Source of the DNA: a virus
Length of the DNA stretch: 5,791 nucleotides
Virus record (IMG/VR): IMGVR_UViG_3300045988_004495
Coordinates: 1 to 5,791 of that record
Strand: one strand, 5' to 3'
Below are positions 1 to 5,070 of the stretch, piece by piece. Each line of letters starts with the position of its first letter. Positions within the stretch are counted from its first letter, which is position 1. The translations under genes were made by a program, and so were the position numbers. The notes beneath the pieces are model-generated. The model saw nothing but the letters and a program-made list of their open reading frames with translations. It searched no databases and was not told the DNA's origin.

Positions 1-119
1 ATTTTTTTTGTTACGTATCCTGCAACATATCTATATGTTTCTGGTACTGCTTGTGCAATTTGGATTTGACCGTTTCCCCACAGTTTTTCTAGCCATTCAC
101 TTGTATAGTATCCGTTGTG
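1..119. repeat. Terminal direct repeat, copy 1. This is the assembly overlap of a circular genome.
   Basis: By base-by-base comparison, nt 1-119 are identical to nt 5673-5791. The repeat lies inside the VP4 reading frame and restores it. Confidence 0.97.
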
Positions 120-662
120 ATGGATTTTGTACAGCTGTTTTAGGTCTGTTGGTTCCCATCCGTATAGTATCATATGGTAGTGCGGCCTTGCTGTTTGTTC
201 TCCGTATTCTCCCGCACAGAAGAATCTTAATCTTGATTTGTAAGCTCTCCTGAGCCTTTTTAAGAACTTTTGTACGTCTGTGTATAGTAGTGTTTGCACA
301 CTTTCCGGTGTTTTTTTCCCCGGTTTCCATACATATTGCACTTTTCTCATGATTTCGCCTGTGCTAAGAATCATTCCCGGTACGTGGTCATCATCGTAAG
401 TTAGTGTGATAAACCAGATTTGTTCTTTTGGCCATTGTCTCGCCTCTAGTTCTATTCTTGTTGTCCAGTCTTCTCTTTGCTGTATTCTGCACCCAATGCA
501 TTGTCCGCAAGGTATTAACATAACTTTTGGTTCATACATCAAATCTTCATATTTTAATTTTTTGCCCACTCTTTCAGAATAGCGGGCAAGTGAATACACT
601 TGCCCGCTGATTTCTCTGTTTTCTGGGCTGTATATCCGAATTAACGGCTTATAGCAGCTCAT
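1..662 (-). CDS. VP4: Replication initiation protein VP4 (HUH rolling-circle endonuclease), N-terminal 220 codons. The ORF runs off the window start and continues at 5674 because the genome is circular.
   Basis: I hand-translated the minus strand from the ATG at 662-660: MSCYKPLIRIYSPENREISGQVYSLARYSERVGKKLKYEDLMYEPKVMLIPCGQCIGCRIQQREDWTTRIELEARQWPKEQIWFITLTYDDDHVPGMILSTGEIMRKVQYVWKPGKKTPESVQTLLYTDVQKFLKRLRRAYKSRLRFFCAGEYGEQTARPHYHMILYGWEPTDLKQLYKIHHNGYYTSEWLEKLWGNGQIQIAQAVPETYRYVAGYVTKK. There is no stop down to nt 3. The frame matches tracked ORF 5315..5674 after wrap (662-2=660, divisible by 3). Motifs present are FITLTY (RCR motif 1), PHYHMILY (HUH, codons 174-182) and YVAGYVTKK (two catalytic Tyr, codons 27-29 and 15-17; compare phiX174 protein A YVAKYVNKK). 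AGGAG lies 10 nt upstream, inside the VP2 3' end. The ORF is absent from the track, presumably because it has no in-window stop. Confidence 0.92.
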   Translation of the reverse strand, partial: MSCYKPLIRIYSPENREISGQVYSLARYSERVGKKLKYEDLMYEPKVMLIPCGQCIGCRIQQREDWTTRIELEARQWPKEQIWFITLTYDDDHVPGMILSTGEIMRKVQYVWKPGKKTPESVQTLLYTDVQKFLKRLRRAYKSRLRFFCAGEYGEQTARPHYHMILYGWEPTDLKQLYKIHHNGYYTSEWLEKLWGNGQIQIAQAVPETYRYVAGYVTKK

Positions 663-665
663 TTT

Positions 666-1559
666 TTATTTGCTCCTTCCTGCACCACCACCGGCTCTAT
701 TTCTATTGCCTGTGATGTTGTCAATTCCGTGTCCGTTTCTTACGTTGTCCATGGCTTTGTTCATGTTTCCTCTTAATTTTTCGCCTGTTTTTCTGCCTGC
801 TCCGATTGCTTTATCGATTGCGTTTCCTGTGTTTTTGCCGATGTTGGATAGTGTTTCCTGCAATCCTAACGGCGTCATTCCTGTACTGCTAAGCATCTGA
901 TTCCAGCTTTGTGCGGCGTTGTACCAGTCACTTTGTGACCAACTTTCACTTGAGTACGAGTTGGGTACAAAGCCACTTGCTCTGCTTACTCCTAGCGCAC
1001 TTGACGATGGCGCACCCATGCTTGCACCTGAAATTGTTCCTGCGCTACCTCCCGGTGTGCTTGCGCCGCCGTTCTGGAATGCCAATATAGGATTAAGTCC
1101 AGCTTTTTTCATGTCCGCAACTGCTCTTTGATAGGCTGTGTTAGACATGTGTTCTTGCCATTCCCTGTTTTTCATTGCTTCCGTTGAGTTAAAGTTCATC
1201 GCCGCGCTGTTCTCGATGTGGTTGTATATGCCTTGCGCGATTGCTCCTAACGTGTTGTAACCCATCTGTTCCAGCATTGACCTTTGATTGAATTGACTTT
1301 GCCTTTGCCCTTCTGCGTTTTGATATTGGTATGCGCCTTTCAGGTATTGCATTACTTGTTCGTCATTTGTTCCGGATTTGCTCATGCTCTGACTGCTTCC
1401 ACCGCCTTGCTGTGTGCTTCCGCCTTGGCTTTGGCTTTGACCTACTTGTCCCCATGCGCCGAATGCATTTCCTAGTGCTCCTGCTGCGTTTGCTACTGTT
1501 CCAATTGTTCCTGCAATGTTTCCAATTGTTCCTAGTGCTCCTAAAAGTGAAAATGCCAT
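666..1559 (-). CDS. VP2: Minor capsid / DNA pilot protein VP2
   Basis: This 297-aa ORF lies immediately downstream of the major capsid gene. It has a Gly/Ala-rich hydrophobic N-terminus ([37 protein letters not shown]), a Q/S/G-rich low-complexity region and a central [20 protein letters not shown] segment, all characteristic of gokushovirus VP2. Its stop TAA (668-666) lies 3 nt before the VP4 ATG. Confidence 0.85.
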   Translation of the reverse strand: MAFSLLGALGTIGNIAGTIGTVANAAGALGNAFGAWGQVGQSQSQGGSTQQGGGSSQSMSKSGTNDEQVMQYLKGAYQYQNAEGQRQSQFNQRSMLEQMGYNTLGAIAQGIYNHIENSAAMNFNSTEAMKNREWQEHMSNTAYQRAVADMKKAGLNPILAFQNGGASTPGGSAGTISGASMGAPSSSALGVSRASGFVPNSYSSESWSQSDWYNAAQSWNQMLSSTGMTPLGLQETLSNIGKNTGNAIDKAIGAGRKTGEKLRGNMNKAMDNVRNGHGIDNITGNRNRAGGGAGRSK

Positions 1560-1569
1560 TTTTTAAAAT

Positions 1570-1589
1570 AGCCGGGATTTCTCCCGGCT
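1570..1589 (-). terminator. GC-rich hairpin in the VP1-VP2 intergenic spacer. It is a candidate partial intrinsic terminator/attenuator or a translational control element.
   Basis: The coding strand reads TAA-GAAAGGAGAA-AGCCGGGA-GAAA-TCCCGGCT-ATTTTAAAAA-ATG. The stem is a perfect 8 bp (1570-1577 with 1582-1589) with a 4-nt loop, followed by AUUUU and then the VP2 start. Confidence 0.4.
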
Positions 1590-1599
1590 TTCTCCTTTC

Positions 1600-3276
1600 T
1601 TATAACTTGTACAGCCCCGGTACGCTGTAAAGCGGCATCCTGCGGGTTGTCTTGTTTGCTACGCGAATTGCTCCAAAGAACTGCGGTTCGTCTTCTACGA
1701 TTAACGTTCTTGCAATTTCCTCTTTTCCTTCTGCCATCCATTCCTGCGACAGTGTGGGCACTGTCGAGTAATTATCTGCATAGTGCCAAAAATCGAGTGT
1801 CCCCGTTGCGTTGCTTCGCATTAAGCCGCTTACACGGTTCGGCTTCATCCGGTAGTCTGCCCATGCTTCTTGATAGCCAAAGGTTTCATCATCGGTTGCA
1901 TCGCCGGTGAGCATGATTTCCTTCTTTTTTACTGGCTGTTCGCCCAGATTTGCGAACTGCGGCACGTAATAGTCTAGGCGGTCTTTTCTGCTCCAAAAAC
2001 GTTCAAGGCCCTGTTGGTAGCTTCTGTTATGTCTTACACAACATACTCCAATTACAAAGCCGTGCTCTTCAAAACTCTTTGTGAAAGAACTCTCATTGAT
2101 GGGTGTTACAGACATTGCACCGGTTTCACCGATAGGTGTGTCGTTGCTTGTCTGCTGTCCACTGGTCTGCACGATTTGGTTAATGTTGACGTGGTAGCGT
2201 CCACCACCCAGGTATTCAGGCACTTGTACTGTTTTATCCGAAATGATTACATCCCAGATTGCCTGTACCTGCTCTCTGTACCTGGAACCGCCCCGTGCTA
2301 GCGCTTCATAGTACTGTTGTACGCTGATTGCCTGCCGCAACTGGTTGATTGTTGCCGATGTTGCATTGTCTAGTCTTGCTTCCATTGGTACCCATGTAGA
2401 TACACCGTTTGCATCTTTGCCCAAAAGTACCCTTGGCTTTCCGTTATCTTCGTTTTTTGTGGGTGCTCCTAATGTATTTCCGCTTGCCGGTACAAGATGC
2501 GTTGCACCGTTGCTGGTCATGATTCCGTAGTCCTGTAGTTCCTCTGCTGAAAAACTCCATTGTACTCTTGCATTTCCAGTTAGCGGCAGTGTTACGCTTG
2601 GCCCACGTTGAGCATATGGCATGCAGGATGTGAAATAGTCGTGGAATTTATTTACCGGCAGCGGTCTTCCTCCTGTTACTGCTTCAAGTAATGTTACTGA
2701 CATTACTTCTTTGCCCGGGATATCACTCATTGAATAGCTTACATCTTTATCATCTGTTTTGATTGTCGCTGCGTTTCCAACGTTTTCATCTCTGAAAAAT
2801 TCGTTCCAGATTTTAACGTATGCTCTGACAGGTAGCGCGTTGATGCTGAACGGCTTCTCTACTTTTGTGGGGACTCCCATATAATCCAGTATCGTTTTTT
2901 CATTTGGCATTGGGAACGTTTTACTTCCGTTGATTTTGATTTGCGGCATAGCATACGTTTTTGTAGGCATCCACGGCGTTTCCTCTACTTCGCCCATAAA
3001 GTGCTTAAAGTTGTCCCACAAAATGCGGTTTGGACAGAAGAAATAGTAAAAGTCAATAAAACTGTCGTCCATTACTGGGTATTTTGGAGTTGTCATGCGG
3101 ATGATTGCCGCTGTATCCACACTGAATGTGTCGCCTGGTAATACTTCATCTACGTAAAACGGGATGAGTTTGCCCGCGTCGAACGTTGTCAAAATCGTCT
3201 GGTCTCGATTGAACCGCGTTCGGCTTGCTTTCATCTGTGGAATCTCGTTAAAATGCCGTTCGTTATTCCGATTCAT
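1600..3276 (-). CDS. VP1: Major capsid protein VP1 (phage F-protein family)
   Basis: This 558-aa ORF is the largest in the genome. Its N-terminus, MNRNNERHFNEIPQMKASRTRFNRDQTILTTFDAGKLIPFYVDEVLPGDTF, matches the conserved gokushovirus VP1 signature (S/TR.RF......TTFD.G.LIP...DEVLPGDT). AGGAG lies 9 nt upstream of the ATG (GAAGGAGAGTTGAAGAATG). Confidence 0.95.
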   Translation of the reverse strand: MNRNNERHFNEIPQMKASRTRFNRDQTILTTFDAGKLIPFYVDEVLPGDTFSVDTAAIIRMTTPKYPVMDDSFIDFYYFFCPNRILWDNFKHFMGEVEETPWMPTKTYAMPQIKINGSKTFPMPNEKTILDYMGVPTKVEKPFSINALPVRAYVKIWNEFFRDENVGNAATIKTDDKDVSYSMSDIPGKEVMSVTLLEAVTGGRPLPVNKFHDYFTSCMPYAQRGPSVTLPLTGNARVQWSFSAEELQDYGIMTSNGATHLVPASGNTLGAPTKNEDNGKPRVLLGKDANGVSTWVPMEARLDNATSATINQLRQAISVQQYYEALARGGSRYREQVQAIWDVIISDKTVQVPEYLGGGRYHVNINQIVQTSGQQTSNDTPIGETGAMSVTPINESSFTKSFEEHGFVIGVCCVRHNRSYQQGLERFWSRKDRLDYYVPQFANLGEQPVKKKEIMLTGDATDDETFGYQEAWADYRMKPNRVSGLMRSNATGTLDFWHYADNYSTVPTLSQEWMAEGKEEIARTLIVEDEPQFFGAIRVANKTTRRMPLYSVPGLYKL

Positions 3277-3661
3277 TCTTCAACTCTCCTTCTTTTGGCT
3301 TTTCTTTTGGCGTTTCTTTCTGCATCTCCTGCAGTGCGATTGCGTTTGCTTGTGCCGTTGCAATCATTCGGTGATATTCGTGGATGTTCTGTGGCCAGTT
3401 CGTGATATCCATCTCTGTCCCGTCCAATGCTCCCTGTGAAAGGCTCTGCATAAACTGCGGGTCAAAACTCGCTTTTCGGACGATGTTTTTAATGTCGCAT
3501 TCTTCTGCATAGCTTTCAATTTCTGCTTGGATGTCAATACTTTCTGTTTCCTGCAGATATTCTTTTCCCTCTTTGTCTTTTGCCCATACGTACTGTTTAC
3601 GTTGTGTTTCTCCTGATGCTGAAAAGAGGGGCTTTCGCCCCTCTTCGTACCTCTTATTCAT
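3263..3661 (-). CDS. VP3: Internal scaffolding protein VP3
   Basis: This 132-aa acidic protein lies directly upstream of VP1 and overlaps it by 14 nt. The segments IQAEIESYAEECDIKNIVRKA and DITNWPQNIHEYHRMIATAQ resemble the conserved core of Chlamydia-phage-type scaffold proteins. The start overlaps the stop of the upstream ORF (ATGAATAA), and GGGAGGG lies 8 nt upstream. Confidence 0.7.
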   Translation of the reverse strand: MNKRYEEGRKPLFSASGETQRKQYVWAKDKEGKEYLQETESIDIQAEIESYAEECDIKNIVRKASFDPQFMQSLSQGALDGTEMDITNWPQNIHEYHRMIATAQANAIALQEMQKETPKEKPKEGELKNESE

Positions 3662-3893
3662 CCTCTTTGCCCTCCCATGCTTTATCGTTCATGTTCCGGA
3701 ATTCGCCGGTTTCGTCTTCAAACTCTGCCAGCTTATAGCCCACATAGTCAGCCGGGGACTGGCCGATAAATGTGCTCTTGTCCTTCTGCATCACATTGCA
3801 CATTCGTGCAAACGTGTTGTTGTTTTTGCTTTCGCCTACCCATGCGTAACATTTTGCAATTTTGTCGTAGATACCATAGTAGCCATGAATCAT
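3654..3893 (-). CDS. Small nonstructural protein, possibly VP5-like. Function is unknown.
   Basis: This 79-aa ORF has an AAGGA Shine-Dalgarno sequence 6-7 nt upstream and is tightly packed between the J-like gene and VP3. The pattern YGIYDKIAKCY...NNNTFARM...DYVGYKLAEFEDETGE resembles, from memory, the IYD.KA..Y / G.FD..TGE pattern of small conserved gokushovirus nonstructural proteins. I could not verify this. Confidence 0.55.
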   Translation of the reverse strand: MIHGYYGIYDKIAKCYAWVGESKNNNTFARMCNVMQKDKSTFIGQSPADYVGYKLAEFEDETGEFRNMNDKAWEGKEDE

Positions 3894-3908
3894 ATTTTTT
3901 CCTTTCTT

Positions 3909-4031
3909 TTAGAGCCGAATCCCGCCGCGCATTGGCTTCTGACTTAGGTTGATACTTTTTGTTTTTCGCGCGGTTACGTTAAACATGTGTTTGTCTTTTG
4001 CGCCGCGCATGATTTTACGATGTCGCCCCAT
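3909..4031 (-). CDS. Small basic DNA-binding/packaging protein (phiX J-like, gokushovirus ORF8-like), 40 aa from an internal start of the tracked 63-aa ORF
   Basis: The sequence is MGRHRKIMRGAKDKHMFNVTARKTKSINLSQKPMRGGIRL, with 12 Arg/Lys in 40 aa and the characteristic C-terminal PMRGGIRL. The ATG at 4031 has GAAGGGGG 7 nt upstream. The longer form from 4100 would overlap the 75-aa ORF by about 86 nt, and I did not look for an SD before it. Confidence 0.75.
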   Translation of the reverse strand: MGRHRKIMRGAKDKHMFNVTARKTKSINLSQKPMRGGIRL

Positions 4032-4242
4032 TATAGAACCCCCTTCTGATAAGTTCCAACTCGATGGCTTCGGCAAAACTTTTGCATTGCCAAATTTCAT
4101 CTATCATCTTTTTTGCGGTATTAATCTCGCTGATTTTTCGCAGGATTTTGTAATCGTTGTCGATTTCTTTGTATTTTTTTTCGAGCAGTTCAGTTAGGTC
4201 TTTTTCGGTCTGGTCTCTGACATTCCATGATTTTGCATTCAT
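4015..4242 (-). CDS. Hypothetical protein, 75 aa, predicted helical and charged
   Basis: This is a tracked ORF on the coding strand. AAGGAA lies 9 nt upstream of the ATG, and the ORF fits the compact gene packing, with a 17-nt overlap on the J-like gene. I recognise no motif in it. Confidence 0.5.
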   Translation of the reverse strand: MNAKSWNVRDQTEKDLTELLEKKYKEIDNDYKILRKISEINTAKKMIDEIWQCKSFAEAIELELIRRGFYNGATS

Positions 4243-4248
4243 TTTTGT

Positions 4249-4365
4249 TTATTCCTTTTCGTTCGGCTGGTCGTGCAGGGCATGATAAATCTCGTCCAGC
4301 TTTTCCAAGATTCGCATCATAATTTCGATTGCCTGTTTCACGTCTTTAATGGAAATCAGTGCCAT
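4249..4365 (-). CDS. Hypothetical small protein, 38 aa, not in the ORF track
   Basis: Hand translation gives MALISIKDVKQAIEIMMRILEKLDEIYHALHDQPNEKE*. The ATG at 4365 is 2 nt after the peptidase stop and has GGGGG 7 nt upstream, the same architecture as the J-like gene. The ORF exactly fills the gap between two other genes, and its stop is 6 nt before the next ATG. Confidence 0.45.
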   Translation of the reverse strand: MALISIKDVKQAIEIMMRILEKLDEIYHALHDQPNEKE

Positions 4366-4367
4366 TT

Positions 4368-4760
4368 TTATACCCCCTTTCTGTATTTTGTGTTTCGTGT
4401 ATCAAAATGCACCCAGTTGTCGTATACGATGATACCGCAGCTGTTTGGCACGATTTTGTCTAGTACTTTTGCAAGTTCTTTTGGCTTTATGCCGGCTGAT
4501 CTGATGTCTGCTGCCATTCCTCTTGTATGGTAGCTGTATTTTGCTCCACCTACTTTTGCGTTGTGGCTTACTGTGCGGTATCCGCTTGTGATTGTTATTG
4601 GCTTCCCGATTTTATCTCTTGCAATGTCAAGAAGGATTGCTAGATATTCGTCAACGAACACGATTGGCGTGTTGTCTTTACAGGCGAATTCTTTTACTCG
4701 GAAATGGTTTGTAATTTTTACGTTTCCTTGTGTTTCCATTACATACGCTTTGATTTCCAT
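4368..4760 (-). CDS. Zinc metallopeptidase of the M15 / hedgehog-DD-peptidase fold (Peptidase_M15_3-like), a putative peptidoglycan hydrolase (endolysin-like)
   Basis: This 130-aa ORF carries the ordered family motifs FRVKEFACKD, SGYRTVSHN, SYH(78)TRGMAAD(85) and WVH(118)FD(120). These correspond to the H..D..H zinc ligands and the SGYR...N substrate-binding motif. AGGAG lies 9 nt upstream of the ATG at 4760. There is no N-terminal signal peptide or hydrophobic segment. Confidence 0.8.
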   Translation of the reverse strand: MEIKAYVMETQGNVKITNHFRVKEFACKDNTPIVFVDEYLAILLDIARDKIGKPITITSGYRTVSHNAKVGGAKYSYHTRGMAADIRSAGIKPKELAKVLDKIVPNSCGIIVYDNWVHFDTRNTKYRKGV

Positions 4761-4793
4761 GGTTTGCTTCTCCTTTCTTTGCTTTCATTTGAT

Positions 4794-4822
4794 ATGTTAT
4801 CATACACCTACTGAATTTTCAA
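4794..4822 (-). promoter_or_regulatory. Candidate sigma70-type promoter for the peptidase-led operon
   Basis: The coding strand reads TTGAAA (4822-4817), a 17-nt spacer, then TAACAT (4799-4794), about 35 nt upstream of the peptidase ATG. The -35 element lies inside one arm of the 49-nt inverted repeat. The match is to a generic consensus only. Confidence 0.3.
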
Positions 4823-4855
4823 GGGTTGCACAGCAACTTTTGAAAATTCAGTAGG
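4807..4855. repeat. 49-nt inverted repeat (long hairpin or cruciform) upstream of the peptidase gene
   Basis: CCTACTGAATTTTCAA (4807-4822) is the perfect reverse complement of TTGAAAATTCAGTAGG (4840-4855). Pairing extends inward through GGGTTG/CAACTT (4 Watson-Crick pairs plus 2 G-T) to a 5-nt loop, CACAG (4829-4833). Confidence 0.9.
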
Positions 4856-4868
4856 TTCGCCGCAGGCG

Positions 4869-4896
4869 TTTTTAACATTTTCCACAGACTTTTCAA
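4869..4896 (-). promoter_or_regulatory. Candidate promoter with an extended -10 element
   Basis: The coding strand reads TTGAAA (4896-4891), a 16-nt spacer, then TGT-TAAAAA (4877-4869). It is built from the repeated motif itself, so specificity is uncertain. Confidence 0.25.
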
Positions 4897-5032
4897 CATT
4901 TCAACATTGTTAAACTTTAGCATAACAGAGTGTTTTAACATTTTAACATTTTTTCAACAAATCTTTTAACGTTTGTTTTTACTTTTTTTTAACGTTTTAA
5001 CGTTCAAAATTATCTGTTTTCAACTTTTCCAC
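4869..5032. repeat. Array of T-tract + YAACRT motifs (iteron-like), flanked by TTTTCCAC
   Basis: On the plus strand, YAACRT cores start at 4873, 4894, 4902, 4936, 4944, 4967, 4990 and 4998. Variants are CAACAA at 4955, CAACTT at 5021 and TAACAG at 4923. There are three tandem doublets with 8-bp spacing. Each core is preceded by T3-T8. TTTTCCAC occurs at 4878-4885 and 5025-5032. Confidence 0.85.
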
Positions 5033-5070
5033 TTACTCTACTACTACGGCTACAACAAGTTATATAATAA

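Noticed and set aside
311-317. An A7 run on the coding strand inside VP4 (GGGAAAAAAACA), considered as a programmed frameshift site.
   Set aside because: I see no downstream stimulatory structure or meaningful alternative-frame ORF. It simply encodes Lys-Lys in a lysine-rich protein.
97-330. A 77-aa minus-strand ORF embedded in VP4 in another frame.
   Set aside because: There is no SD before its ATG (GTGCAATATGT-ATG) and no recognisable motif. Overlapping genes do occur in phiX-like phages, so it is not impossible, but nothing in the sequence supports it.
1541-1741. A 66-aa, very basic minus-strand ORF (MDGRRKRGNCKNVNRRRR...) overlapping the VP1 C-terminus, the spacer and the VP2 start.
   Set aside because: Its AGGA abuts the ATG with no spacing. 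The ORF crosses an intergenic hairpin and another gene's start, and a proper J-like basic protein already exists at 3909-4031. It is most likely a frame artefact.
8-4854. All plus-strand ORFs in the track (8..253, 670..900, 919..1131, 1284..1475, 1331..1630, 1647..1910, 2014..2301, 2345..2530, 2941..3141, 3164..3439, 3531..3947, 3770..3952, 3949..4197, 4273..4533, 4561..4854).
   Set aside because: Each lies antisense to a well-supported minus-strand gene. Their products are Leu/Phe/Cys-rich and low-complexity, as expected from translating the T-rich complement. They carry no motifs I recognise, and Microviridae transcribe only one strand.
4854-4873. GGTTCG (T-loop-like) and a 4-bp GC hairpin followed by T5 on the plus strand (CGCC-GCA-GGCG-TTTTT), considered as a possible tRNA fragment or plus-strand terminator.
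   Set aside because: No acceptor, D or anticodon stems can be drawn around it. The stem is only 4 bp, and there are no plus-strand genes to terminate.
4878-4886. DnaA-box-like 9-mers: TTTTCCACA (8 of 9 to TTATCCACA) here and TTTTCCACT (7 of 9) at 5025-5033, flanking the motif array.
   Set aside because: My rough estimate is that about one 8-of-9 match is expected by chance on two strands of 5.7 kb, and more in AT-rich DNA. These are worth testing together with the array but are not significant on their own.
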